From Tannerella sp. (GTDB taxonomy: Bacteria > Bacteroidota > Bacteroidia > Bacteroidales > Tannerellaceae), in assembly GCA_031255595.1 (NCBI GenBank), contig JAIRSF010000245.1:1-43348 (forward strand): a DNA stretch of 43,348 bases. The letters are read 5' to 3'. The position numbers and the translations under genes are program-made. The notes below the pieces were generated by a model that was given only the letters and a program-made list of their open reading frames with translations, had not been told where the DNA came from and did no database searches. Positions 17,304 to 26,655 of the stretch are shown in pieces. Position 1 is the first letter of the stretch. Every line of letters starts with the position of its first letter.

Positions 17304-19769
17304 ATGAATATATCATACAATTGGCTAAAAGATTACCTGCCGTTGGAAATGAATCCCCCGGAAGTGGCATCCGCCCTTACTTCAATCGGCCTGGAAACAG
17401 GTACGGTAGAAGAAATACAGGCGATTAAAGGAGGACTTGAGGGACTTGTTACCGGCGAAGTCCTTACATGCGAAAAGCATCCCGATTCGGATCATCTCCA
17501 TCTGACCACCGTAAATACCGGAACCGGCGAACCGTTGCGGATCGTCTGCGGCGCTCCCAATGTAGCCGCCGGTCAAAAAGTTATCGTCGCCACCGTAGGT
17601 GCGGTCTTATACGACGGCGATAAGGAAATAAAAATAAAAAAATCAAAGATTCGCGGACAGGAATCATTCGGTATGATTTGTGCGGAAGATGAGATCGGTA
17701 TCGGTTCCGACCATTCCGGTATCATCGTGCTCCCGGCGGATACACCGGTAGGCATGCCTGCAAAAGAATATTACAAAATTGAAAATGATTATATCCTGGA
17801 AGTTGATATAACGCCTAATCGTGTAGACGGATCTTCCCATTTCGGTGTGGCGCGCGACCTGGCCGCCTACCTGAAGCAGGCGGGAAAACCGTCGGATCTA
17901 AAGAGGCCATCGGTCGACGGCTTTAAAATAGAAGATCTTACCTCTCCGGCGATTTCCGTAGAAGTGAAGAACCCCGAGGCGTGCATACGCTATTCCGGTA
18001 TCACGATCAAAGGCGTCACAGTCGGGGAAAGCCCCGACTGGATAAAAAACCGCCTGACGATGATCGGACTACGCCCTATAAATAATGTAGTAGACGTCAC
18101 AAACTATGTGCTGCACGAACTGGGACAACCCCTGCACGCATTCGACGCGGGAAAAATAAAAGGAAACAAGGTGGTTGTTACCACAATGCCCGAAGGCACA
18201 AAATTCATTACGCTCGACGGTACGGAACGAATCTTGACAAACCAGGATCTGATGATCTGCAACATCGACGAACCGATGTGCATCGGAGGTGTATTCGGAG
18301 GGCTTGATTCCGGTGTGACGGAAAACACGAAAGACGTCTTTCTCGAATCTGCATGTTTCAATCCTGCCTGGATACGTAAGACGGCGCGCCGTTTCGGCCT
18401 GAACACAGACTCCTCTTTTCGTTTCGAACGCGGCCTGGATCCCAATCAAACGATCTACGTACTGAAACGCGCCGCACTGATGATACAGGAGATAGCCGGA
18501 GGAACCATCACAGGAGATATTCAGGATCTCTATCCGGTACGGATCGAACCTTTCGGCGTAGACATTACATATAAAAAAATAAATACGCTTATCGGAAAAG
18601 AAATACCGGTCGAAACGATTAAAAGTATCCTGACGTCGTTAGAGATGGAAATAACATCGGAAACACCGGACGGACTATCGATCCGCGTGCCGGTATACCG
18701 GTACGACGTGCGGCGTGACGTGGATGTGGTAGAAGATATCTTACGTATTTACGGGTATAATAATATTGAATTAAGCGACCACGTACGTTCGACGTTGAGT
18801 TATCAGGCCGCAACGGACAAAAGCTATAAGCTGGAAAATCTTATCTCCGAACAGTTATGCGGAGCCGGCTTTCATGAGATCTTAAATAATTCGCTGACAC
18901 GTTCGGCGTATTATAACGAACTCACTACCTTTCCGGCGGCAAACTGCGTCATGTTGATGAACCCGCTGAGCACCGACCTGAACGCGATGCGGCAAACATT
19001 GCTTTTCGGCGGACTTCAAAGTGCGGCGTTCAACATAAAACGTAAAAACAAGAATATACGATTCTTTGAGTTTGGAAACTGCTATACATACAAAGAAGAA
19101 GATAAAAAGGAAGACGACGCTCTTTCGGTATACCGGGAAGACTATCATCTCGGGTTATGGATCTCCGGCAATCGTACGGAAAACAACTGGGCGCATCCGG
19201 ATGAAAAAATATCGGTTTACGAACTGAAAGCCCACATAGAAAACATACTGCTGCGCCTGGGGATGGATATGGAAAAAATGATCTGGGAAAATTTCTCAAA
19301 CGATATCTACAGTTCGGGCATATCTATCGCATCACCCTCCGGGCGCACATTGGGCACATTCGGAATCGTCGGGCGCCAACTGTTAAAAATGATGGATATC
19401 GAAAACGAGGTTTATTTTGCAGAACTCTCGTGGAGCGCGTTGATGAAAGAAGTGAAGAAGCTCCGGGTCACATTTGAAGATATTCCGAAGTTTCCCGAAG
19501 TCAAAAGGGATCTCGCCCTACTGGTTGATAAGAACATCACATTCGCAGACATAAAGAAAACAGCCCGGGACAGCGAACGTAAATTACTGAAAGATGTCGT
19601 TTTGTTCGATGTATACGAAGGCAAAAACCTGACTCCGAATAAAAAGTCATATGCCGTCAGTTTCTATTTGCAAGACAAAGAAAAAACGCTGAATGACAAA
19701 CAGATAGATGCCATCATGTCAAAGATACGGAAAAATCTGGAAGATAAACTCGGAGCACAACTGAGATAA
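17304..19769 (+). CDS. pheT: Phenylalanine--tRNA ligase beta subunit
   Basis: MNISYNWL, HPDSDHL, IVCGAPNV, DITPNR, SSFRFERG, FPEVKRDLAL; TATTTTTG promoter motif at 17265-17272. Confidence 0.98.
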   Translation: MNISYNWLKDYLPLEMNPPEVASALTSIGLETGTVEEIQAIKGGLEGLVTGEVLTCEKHPDSDHLHLTTVNTGTGEPLRIVCGAPNVAAGQKVIVATVGAVLYDGDKEIKIKKSKIRGQESFGMICAEDEIGIGSDHSGIIVLPADTPVGMPAKEYYKIENDYILEVDITPNRVDGSSHFGVARDLAAYLKQAGKPSDLKRPSVDGFKIEDLTSPAISVEVKNPEACIRYSGITIKGVTVGESPDWIKNRLTMIGLRPINNVVDVTNYVLHELGQPLHAFDAGKIKGNKVVVTTMPEGTKFITLDGTERILTNQDLMICNIDEPMCIGGVFGGLDSGVTENTKDVFLESACFNPAWIRKTARRFGLNTDSSFRFERGLDPNQTIYVLKRAALMIQEIAGGTITGDIQDLYPVRIEPFGVDITYKKINTLIGKEIPVETIKSILTSLEMEITSETPDGLSIRVPVYRYDVRRDVDVVEDILRIYGYNNIELSDHVRSTLSYQAATDKSYKLENLISEQLCGAGFHEILNNSLTRSAYYNELTTFPAANCVMLMNPLSTDLNAMRQTLLFGGLQSAAFNIKRKNKNIRFFEFGNCYTYKEEDKKEDDALSVYREDYHLGLWISGNRTENNWAHPDEKISVYELKAHIENILLRLGMDMEKMIWENFSNDIYSSGISIASPSGRTLGTFGIVGRQLLKMMDIENEVYFAELSWSALMKEVKKLRVTFEDIPKFPEVKRDLALLVDKNITFADIKKTARDSERKLLKDVVLFDVYEGKNLTPNKKSYAVSFYLQDKEKTLNDKQIDAIMSKIRKNLEDKLGAQLR

Positions 19770-19799
19770 ATTTTAAACTTACAAACACAAATCAATAAT

Positions 19800-20531
19800 A
19801 TGGGAAGAGCGTTTGAATACAGAAAAGCAAGAAAAATGAAACGTTGGGGCAACATGGCCCGCGTTTTTACCAAATTAGGAAAAGAAATCACGATCGCAGC
19901 CAAATCCGGCGGGGCTGATCCCGAAACAAATCCACGCCTGCGTGTATTGATGCAGACGGCGAAAAAAGAAAACATGCCGAAAGAAAACGTGGAACGCGCC
20001 ATCAAAAAAGCAACGTCGAAAGATTTTACGGATTATAAAGAAATGAATTACGAAGGGTACGGGCCTTACGGCATTGCTATTTTTGTGGAAACGGCGACCG
20101 ACAATACGACGCGTACGGTTGCCAACGTACGCAGCTATTTCAATAAACATGGCGGCTCGCTCGGCACATCCGGCTCGCTGGAGTTTCTGTTCGACCACAA
20201 ATGCGTCTTTCACCTCACCACAAAAGAAGATACGGCGCCGGAAGATCTGGAACTGGAGTTAATCGATTACGGAGTAGACGAAATGGAAGAAGACGAAGGC
20301 GAAATTATTCGGGAGGGGGTTTTCGCACAAAATTCGGCAATTCAGAAATATCTGGAAGACAATGGATACGAGATCACTTCCAGCGAATTTGTCCGTATAC
20401 CGAACGACGTAAAAGACGTCACGCCGGAACAACGTGAAGCTATCGAAAAATTGATTGAAAAAATAGAGGAAGACGATGACGTTCAAAATGTTTTTCATAA
20501 CATGAAAGAAGAAAGCGATCCCTCCGAATAA
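19800..20531 (+). CDS. yebC: YebC/PmpR family protein
   Basis: MGRAFEYRK, NPRLR, YEGYGPYG, TDNTTRT, DDDVQNVFHN. Confidence 0.95.
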   Translation: MGRAFEYRKARKMKRWGNMARVFTKLGKEITIAAKSGGADPETNPRLRVLMQTAKKENMPKENVERAIKKATSKDFTDYKEMNYEGYGPYGIAIFVETATDNTTRTVANVRSYFNKHGGSLGTSGSLEFLFDHKCVFHLTTKEDTAPEDLELELIDYGVDEMEEDEGEIIREGVFAQNSAIQKYLEDNGYEITSSEFVRIPNDVKDVTPEQREAIEKLIEKIEEDDDVQNVFHNMKEESDPSE

Positions 20532-20538
20532 AAACACT

Positions 20539-20637
20539 GAAAAGTCCCGAACTCACGTCCGGGACTTTCCACATTAACCATTAATAAAACCTTTTACCTT
20601 AAAAAGAACTAATAATATGAAGAAGTATTACGTCGAT
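20539..20637 (-). ncRNA. Candidate small RNA (~100 nt) with its own promoter and terminator
   Basis: Minus-strand TATATTTG (20642-20649), a U-rich body, then hairpin AAAGTCCCG/CGGGACTTT; no minus-strand ORF recognised. Confidence 0.55.
20541..20568. terminator. Terminator hairpin shared by yebC and the candidate sRNA
   Basis: AAAGTCCCG-AACTCACGTC-CGGGACTTT. Confidence 0.8.
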
Positions 20638-20829
20638 GCTGCAAATATATAACAATCAGCAGCCATCACTACTATAAGAAAGCCTATATTTAACCAATTC
20701 ATCTTGTTTTTGTACAAAAAGTATTGTTTTTAAGGACATAATCTTAATTTTCAACTTCTTCACACAAAAAGGCTGAAATTGCTTATTTTAAACAATTTCC
20801 GCCTTTTTATATTTTGAAAAACAAACGTC

Positions 20830-21210
20830 TTATTCTGCCGGAGGTTCCTGTTCCGAAGGGGCTTGTGAAGGAAGCATCGCACCGGAAGGTTCGGCTTCGG
20901 GCTGCGCGGTTCCAAACTCCGGAATGGATATGTTGACGGGCGCACTCACATTTTCGATCACATCCGAATTGTTTGATACGGATTTATTACGTGGGATAAA
21001 GGATGTGATACTTATACAGAAAACAGCCAGTAACCCTGCCAGCGTCCAAGTTGCCTTTTCAAGAAAATCGGTGGTCTTACGAACGCCCAATACCTGATTT
21101 GAAGAAGAGAATCCGGCAGCCAGCCCTCCTCCTTTAGAGTTCTGAACCAAGACGATCAGTACCAATAAAATGGAACAGATAAAAATCAAAATTGAAATAA
21201 AAACGTACAT
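20830..21210 (-). CDS. secG: Preprotein translocase subunit SecG
   Basis: VLVQNSKGGGL...FLEKATW, two TM segments. Confidence 0.95.
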   Translation of the reverse strand: MYVFISILIFICSILLVLIVLVQNSKGGGLAAGFSSSNQVLGVRKTTDFLEKATWTLAGLLAVFCISITSFIPRNKSVSNNSDVIENVSAPVNISIPEFGTAQPEAEPSGAMLPSQAPSEQEPPAE

Positions 21211-21214
21211 TTCT

Positions 21215-21967
21215 TTATTTTTTTATGTTAATAATTTTCTCTAAAAACCGAATTTGGTCTGCAAAGTAAATATTTTTTTCCGGATATTTCAAACTTAAAA
21301 CGCGAATAATTTCCAAAGCCTTGTCATATCGCTTCTGACCGATATACACACGAGCCAGTGTTTCAGTAAAATAGGAGTCATCCAGAGATATTTTATCAAA
21401 AACTTCGGACTCCGGCATATTCTCCGCTTCCTCCTCTCCTTTTTCCGTTTTGGGGGTAACAAGCGGGGTCAAACGGTTTCCGAGTTGTTTACTTTCATGT
21501 TCAATAAACGTATCAATCAAATCCTGATGTTTCAACCGATTTTCCGTCCCATTTTCTGCCGGCAGGTCATCGGTATTCGCTTCCAGCCAGTTTACATAAT
21601 CGGAGGCAAGATTCGATGAAAGAACCGGCGGGTCGACTTTTTTTGCCGGCGGCGCCTGACCGCCGTCTTTTTGTATTTGTTTTCCCGGTTCAACAACAGG
21701 CGGTGCTCCGCCCTGCACCCTCTGTTTGTTTTTATGAAAACCCTCGATGAGCATGAACAGTTGTCTTCTATCGGGGATAAAAACCGCCATTTTCTTCAGC
21801 TCCTTCTTCAAACGCACATCATCCAGCACCGCCAGATTTTTCAGGTACAACATCCGTACCGCATGAAAATACGGAAAATCATCCACCATCTGTTTCAACT
21901 CCAGCAACGATGATTTCGTAAGCAGGGAGGGGTCGGCCATCCATTGATATATTTCCACGTTTGTCAT
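21215..21967 (-). CDS. Conserved Bacteroidetes TPR-like protein
   Basis: FPYFH; C-terminal FTETLARVYIGQKRYDKA...LKYPEKNIYFADQI; usual neighbour of secG. Confidence 0.8.
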   Translation of the reverse strand: MTNVEIYQWMADPSLLTKSSLLELKQMVDDFPYFHAVRMLYLKNLAVLDDVRLKKELKKMAVFIPDRRQLFMLIEGFHKNKQRVQGGAPPVVEPGKQIQKDGGQAPPAKKVDPPVLSSNLASDYVNWLEANTDDLPAENGTENRLKHQDLIDTFIEHESKQLGNRLTPLVTPKTEKGEEEAENMPESEVFDKISLDDSYFTETLARVYIGQKRYDKALEIIRVLSLKYPEKNIYFADQIRFLEKIINIKK

Positions 21968-21970
21968 AAC

Positions 21971-22486
21971 TCACCAATCTGCAACTGTTGCATTATAAAT
22001 CTGATCTACAATCTCCTCTATAATCAATTTTCCTAAAGCATCCTGTACCTGGTCGATCGTACTTTCGTTACTGAACGTCTGATAAGCCGAAAAAGACTGT
22101 TCAAAATCTTTTTCCGGTTGCGCTTTATTCGTATACCGTACCCGTATGGTAATCGTCATACGTGTCTGGGAAGCATAGTCATCCGCTTTCACAGCTTCGG
22201 ATGTGAAATTATAGCCGGTGATCTCGCCTTCCAGATCCAGATCTCCGTCGTCACGAAGAATCTGCAATTTGGTCTGACGGGTATATTTGTCTTTCAACGT
22301 TTCCGTAAACACCTGCGACAAGGGAGAATAAGCCAGCGGAGCTATATTCGGGAAATCCTTAATGGATATGCTTGACGTTTTCGAATAATCGATGGTGGAA
22401 GCCCCGCTAAAATTATAAGATATCGAGCAGGACGAAAAAGTCCAACCGACGGCTGTTAACAAAATATATTTCAACGTATGATTCAT
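21971..22486 (-). CDS. lptE: LptE family lipoprotein
   Basis: Lipobox FSSC, YNFSGAS, LEGEITGY, IYNATVADW. Confidence 0.8.
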   Translation of the reverse strand: MNHTLKYILLTAVGWTFSSCSISYNFSGASTIDYSKTSSISIKDFPNIAPLAYSPLSQVFTETLKDKYTRQTKLQILRDDGDLDLEGEITGYNFTSEAVKADDYASQTRMTITIRVRYTNKAQPEKDFEQSFSAYQTFSNESTIDQVQDALGKLIIEEIVDQIYNATVADW

Positions 22487-23673
22487 TCCAGTCCGTATTC
22501 TTTAATTTTCCGATACAATGTACGTTCCGATATCTGTAAATCGGCGGCTGCATTTTTACGGCGTTTGTTATGCCGATCCAACGCTTTCCGGATCATTTCT
22601 TTTTCCACATCTTCGAGGGAGAGGGTTTCTTCCACCGTTTCGGCATCCTGTATGGACGAATGACGTATCGGAGGCGGAGATACGGTCGTCGGAGAATAAA
22701 TATTCTTATTCTCAACCGTATTCATCGTTACATTCTCATTCATAATATCGTGCACCAACTTTTTCAACTCATTCACATCTTTCTTCATGTCAAAAAGCAC
22801 CTGGTATAATATCTCGCGTTCGCTGTTAAAAATTTTCTTATCATCCGCATGATAAGACGCCAGCGCAGGCAGTTTCTCCATGGATATATTAGGAAGGTGC
22901 ATTTTCAATACTTCGGCTGTAATCTCACGATTTTCCTCTATCACCGAAACACGCTCCACAATATTTTTAAGTTCACGCACGTTTCCCGGCCAGCGGTATG
23001 ATAACAACAGCTCCCGCGCACTTTCATTCAGGTGGATAGCCGGCATACGATATTTGTCGGCGCAATCGCTGGCAAACTTACGAAAAAGCAACAAGACGTC
23101 CTCATGACGTTCCCTCAACGGAGGGATACGTATGGGTACCGTATTCAAACGATAATAGAGATCTTCCCGGAACTTATGCTGCGAAACGGCCTCCACAAGG
23201 TTCACGTTGGTAGCGGCAACAATCCTTACATTTGTTTTCTGCGCTTTCGAAGAACCGACTTTCATAAATTCGCCGGATTCGAGTACACGCAAAAGACGTA
23301 CCTGGGTAGATAAGGGCAACTCCCCCACTTCATCCAGAAAGATGGTTCCGCCGTCCGCCACTTCAAAATAGCCTTTCCGCAAATCTTTGGCGTCCGTAAA
23401 CGATCCTTTCTCGTGACCGAACAATTCGGAATCAATCGTACCTTCGGGTATTGCACCGCAGTTCACAGCTATATATTGTGCATGCTTACGCGGACTGTTC
23501 TGATGTACAACCTGTGGAAAAACTTCCTTTCCTACCCCACTCTCACCCGTTATCAACACAGACAAATCCGTAGGAGCAACCTGCAAGGCCACATCAATAG
23601 CACGATTCAATTCCGCATTGTTACCTATAATACCAAAACGCTGCTTTACCTGTTGTATATCATTATTTGTCAT
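22483..23673 (-). CDS. Sigma-54-dependent activator (AAA+ plus Fis HTH, no sensory domain)
   Basis: GESGVGKE, ELFGHEKGSFTDA, FLDEVGEL, FREDLYYRL, WPGNVREL, SERTLYRK. Confidence 0.93.
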   Translation of the reverse strand: MTNNDIQQVKQRFGIIGNNAELNRAIDVALQVAPTDLSVLITGESGVGKEVFPQVVHQNSPRKHAQYIAVNCGAIPEGTIDSELFGHEKGSFTDAKDLRKGYFEVADGGTIFLDEVGELPLSTQVRLLRVLESGEFMKVGSSKAQKTNVRIVAATNVNLVEAVSQHKFREDLYYRLNTVPIRIPPLRERHEDVLLLFRKFASDCADKYRMPAIHLNESARELLLSYRWPGNVRELKNIVERVSVIEENREITAEVLKMHLPNISMEKLPALASYHADDKKIFNSEREILYQVLFDMKKDVNELKKLVHDIMNENVTMNTVENKNIYSPTTVSPPPIRHSSIQDAETVEETLSLEDVEKEMIRKALDRHNKRRKNAAADLQISERTLYRKIKEYGLE

Positions 23674-23706
23674 ACCGTACAACTGCTAATATTTCAGTTT
23701 ACCTGA

Positions 23707-23820
23707 CAAAATTACAACATTTATATGATAAATACAAAGTTTACGCGTAGTTTTTTTTAGCGGAAACAGAAGCTTTATTTGCAATCATCTCTTTATTATT
23801 CTTATAATTTACTATATTTG
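23707..23820. promoter_or_regulatory. Divergent promoters (minus TTTG-20 bp-TAATTTTG 23707-23738; plus TATATTTG 23813-23820)
   Basis: Consensus matches. Confidence 0.6.
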
Positions 23821-23861
23821 CCGGATCGTAGAGAGAAAGGAACACTTTAAAATACACAATT

Positions 23862-24401
23862 ATGGAATATGAAGTTTTAGGGATAGGTTCACGTGTAAAA
23901 CACAATGAATACAAGTCGGGAGTAGTTATCCAGGTAAAGACAAAGAGTTATCTGATTTCGTTCATGGAGTATGGAATCAGGGAAATCCTGCGGACTTATG
24001 AAGGACTGGAAATTATTGAACGGCTCGAACCGGCCGACGACCTGGTCAGCTTAGAAATGATCGAAGATTCTTTGAAAAAGATTTTAAGGGATTATTCCGA
24101 TATTCAGGAAATCGTGCCGATTGCCGATAAATGGTCGGGAGGAACATTGATTCTGAAACCGTCCAATCCCGAGTTGAAGCCCTACGAGATACCTATCTCA
24201 AACTTTTTTAACAAGATTATTATGATCCGCGACCGTTTACGGGTACTGGAGCAGAAAGTGAATACCAGCAACCTGAACGATGAGGAAAAAATCGTGCTGC
24301 AACAATACATCACCCGTTCATACGGCAGCCTCACATCCTTTAACATCCTTTTCAAATACAAACATCATGCGTTTGTCGGAGAAGGGAAAGGAGGAAAATA
24401 A
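23862..24401 (+). CDS. Conserved hypothetical protein
   Basis: 179-aa ORF with promoter and terminator; LGIGSRVKH..Y..GV N-terminus; RDRLRVLEQ...QQYITR.YGSLTSFN. Confidence 0.8.
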   Translation: MEYEVLGIGSRVKHNEYKSGVVIQVKTKSYLISFMEYGIREILRTYEGLEIIERLEPADDLVSLEMIEDSLKKILRDYSDIQEIVPIADKWSGGTLILKPSNPELKPYEIPISNFFNKIIMIRDRLRVLEQKVNTSNLNDEEKIVLQQYITRSYGSLTSFNILFKYKHHAFVGEGKGGK

Positions 24402-24443
24402 AAAAAAGGAAAACCCGAACAGCGTTCAAAGTTCTCCTTTTTT
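24402..24443. terminator. Bidirectional terminator between the hypothetical gene and HU
   Basis: AAAAAAGGA...GAAC-AGC-GTTC...TCCTTTTTT. Confidence 0.65.
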
Positions 24444-24460
24444 CTAAAGTTGCAGTTTTT

Positions 24461-24733
24461 TTATTTTACAACTTTCGACAATCCTGCACCCGGTTTAAAT
24501 TTAACAACCTTACGAGCCGGAATGTTAATCGGTTTTTTTGTTTTTGGATTAACGCCTTTACGAGCAACCTTTTCAACAACAGAGAAGGAACCGAATCCTA
24601 ACAGGGATACCTTCTCACCATCTTTAACTGCGCCTTCTACCGTTTGAATGAAAGCTTCTACTGATTTTTTCGCGTCAACCTTGGAGAGTCCTGCTTTTGC
24701 AGCAACTGCACCAATAAAATCTGTTTTGTTCAT
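24461..24733 (-). CDS. hup: DNA-binding protein HU
   Basis: MNKTDFI, GFGSF, ARKGVNPKT, KFKPG. Confidence 0.95.
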   Translation of the reverse strand: MNKTDFIGAVAAKAGLSKVDAKKSVEAFIQTVEGAVKDGEKVSLLGFGSFSVVEKVARKGVNPKTKKPINIPARKVVKFKPGAGLSKVVK

Positions 24734-25010
24734 AGAAAAATAAATTTAAATTAGTAAACATATTCTGATATATATAAATACCTCTACATCCCAACTTTTC
24801 GGCGGTAAAGTTAAACTTATTTTTGAAATCATGCAATTATTTAGCTTATTTTTTACACGAAATATATGTTTTTCAGCATAAAAAACAAAAAGATTATCAT
24901 TTTTCCTATACTTTCCCTTTCATAAATTTTTGCCGGACATTTTTTATGCGTTTGTGTATAATTGAAGATTTTATACTAACTTTGCCCTTTTAATAATAAA
25001 TAGGTAACGA

Positions 25011-25763
25011 ATGAATCAACGTGGTTATTATCCTTTTTCGAACACTGCTGTAGTAACAAAAAACCTGATTATCATCAATATGCTTTTTTGGTTGGCTACA
25101 ATGATTATGACAAAGTTAGACCTGACGAATATGCTGGGCCTCCATTATCCGGCGTCCAAAGGGTTTCGTCTTCATCAGATTGTGACTTACATGTTCATGC
25201 ATGGCTCATTCGCCCACCTATTCTTTAATATGTTCGCCGTATTCATGTTCGGACGCTTCCTCGAATCGATCTGGGGTTCCAAACGGTTCTTTACATATTA
25301 TATGGTGACGGGTATCGGCGCCGGCCTGATCAATATACTGGTGGCATACCTGCGGATAAAAAGCGCCGAAGCAAACTTAAGCCCCGATATCATAGACGAA
25401 ATATACAGGGACGGTTATGGAATCATTCAGCAGAGAATGAATTATACGGATCCGCTTAGAGGACAATTGAACCTCCTGATCAACGCAACAACGGTCGGCG
25501 CGTCGGGAGCTGTATTCGGGATCCTGCTCGCATTCGGCATGCTGCTTCCCAACATGCCGTTATATATCATCCCCTTCCCTTTTCCGATAAAAGCGAAGTA
25601 CATGGTTATCGGTTACGGAGTAGTGGAGTTGTTTGCCGGCATCGCAAACTTCAGCTTCGACAATGTAGCTCATTTCGCCCATCTCGGAGGAATGTTGTTC
25701 GGCATCATTCTTGTTTTATACTGGAGAAAAAAAGACAGAAACCATGAGCAATATTTTTTCTGA
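25011..25763 (+). CDS. Rhomboid intramembrane serine protease
   Basis: TYMFMHG..HLFFNM, VGASGAVFG, AHFAHLGG; TAACTTTG promoter motif at 24977-24984. Confidence 0.93.
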   Translation: MNQRGYYPFSNTAVVTKNLIIINMLFWLATMIMTKLDLTNMLGLHYPASKGFRLHQIVTYMFMHGSFAHLFFNMFAVFMFGRFLESIWGSKRFFTYYMVTGIGAGLINILVAYLRIKSAEANLSPDIIDEIYRDGYGIIQQRMNYTDPLRGQLNLLINATTVGASGAVFGILLAFGMLLPNMPLYIIPFPFPIKAKYMVIGYGVVELFAGIANFSFDNVAHFAHLGGMLFGIILVLYWRKKDRNHEQYFF

Positions 25764-26655
25764 AATAAACCGGAGGTTCAACGCCGGCTCTATTCTTGCC
25801 AAATATATTTACATAAATGCAGGAGTCTTCATTGTCATAAGGCTACTCATCGTTATCCTGCATCTGTTCATGATAGACGTTTCCTTTCCCGAATATCTGC
25901 AGATGCCGTCATCATGGACGCTGCTTATGTACCGCCCATGGACGATTTTTACCTATATGTTCGTACATCTCGATTTCCTGCACGTACTTTTCAATATGCT
26001 ATGGCTATACTGGTTCGGTAAAATGTTTCTCCGGTTTTTCGACGGACGCCGGATGGGAAGGCTGTATATCCTGGGAGGACTTGCAGGAGGGTTGCTGTTT
26101 GTTTTTTCATACAACCTCTTTCCTTTTCTAAAACAATACGCGGACTACAGTTTTCTGGCGGGAGCGTCCGCCTCGGTGATGGCGATCGTATTTGCCGTTT
26201 CCTTTTATCAAAAAGATTATATGATCCATCTTTTGCTACTGGGGCGTATAAAACTCATCTATCTGGCGATAGGCGTCTTTTTGCTCGACCTGATCGCGAT
26301 CACATCGGATAATGCCGGCGGACACATCGCCCACATAGGAGGAGCGTTACTGGGTATATGTTATGCCTGCCTGTATGAAAAAAGAATCGATATCGCTTAT
26401 TATAAAAAACGGATGATGAAGCGGTTTACAAACTTCTTTACACACAAACCGTCTTTCAAAGTCCACCGGAAACAAGCAAACAAACAGACGCACAATGATT
26501 GGAATCGCCGTCCGGAAACAGATGATGAGTACCACCGCAGAAAAAATGAAGAAAATCGCATAATTGATGAAATATTAGACAAATTGAAACACTCCGGATA
26601 TGAAAGCCTTTCGGCGGAAGAAAAAAAGAAATTATTCAATGCGAGCAAAAAATAG
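25744..26655 (+). CDS. Rhomboid protease with a C-terminal soluble tail
   Basis: HVLFNM, GASAS, GHIAHIGGA; tail IDEILDKL..SGYESLS.EEK..LF. Start set at ATG 25744. Confidence 0.9.
   Translation: MSNIFSEINRRFNAGSILAKYIYINAGVFIVIRLLIVILHLFMIDVSFPEYLQMPSSWTLLMYRPWTIFTYMFVHLDFLHVLFNMLWLYWFGKMFLRFFDGRRMGRLYILGGLAGGLLFVFSYNLFPFLKQYADYSFLAGASASVMAIVFAVSFYQKDYMIHLLLLGRIKLIYLAIGVFLLDLIAITSDNAGGHIAHIGGALLGICYACLYEKRIDIAYYKKRMMKRFTNFFTHKPSFKVHRKQANKQTHNDWNRRPETDDEYHRRKNEENRIIDEILDKLKHSGYESLSAEEKKKLFNASKK

Noticed and set aside
17304-19769. pheT without an adjacent pheS
   Set aside because: Separation of pheS and pheT is normal in Bacteroidetes
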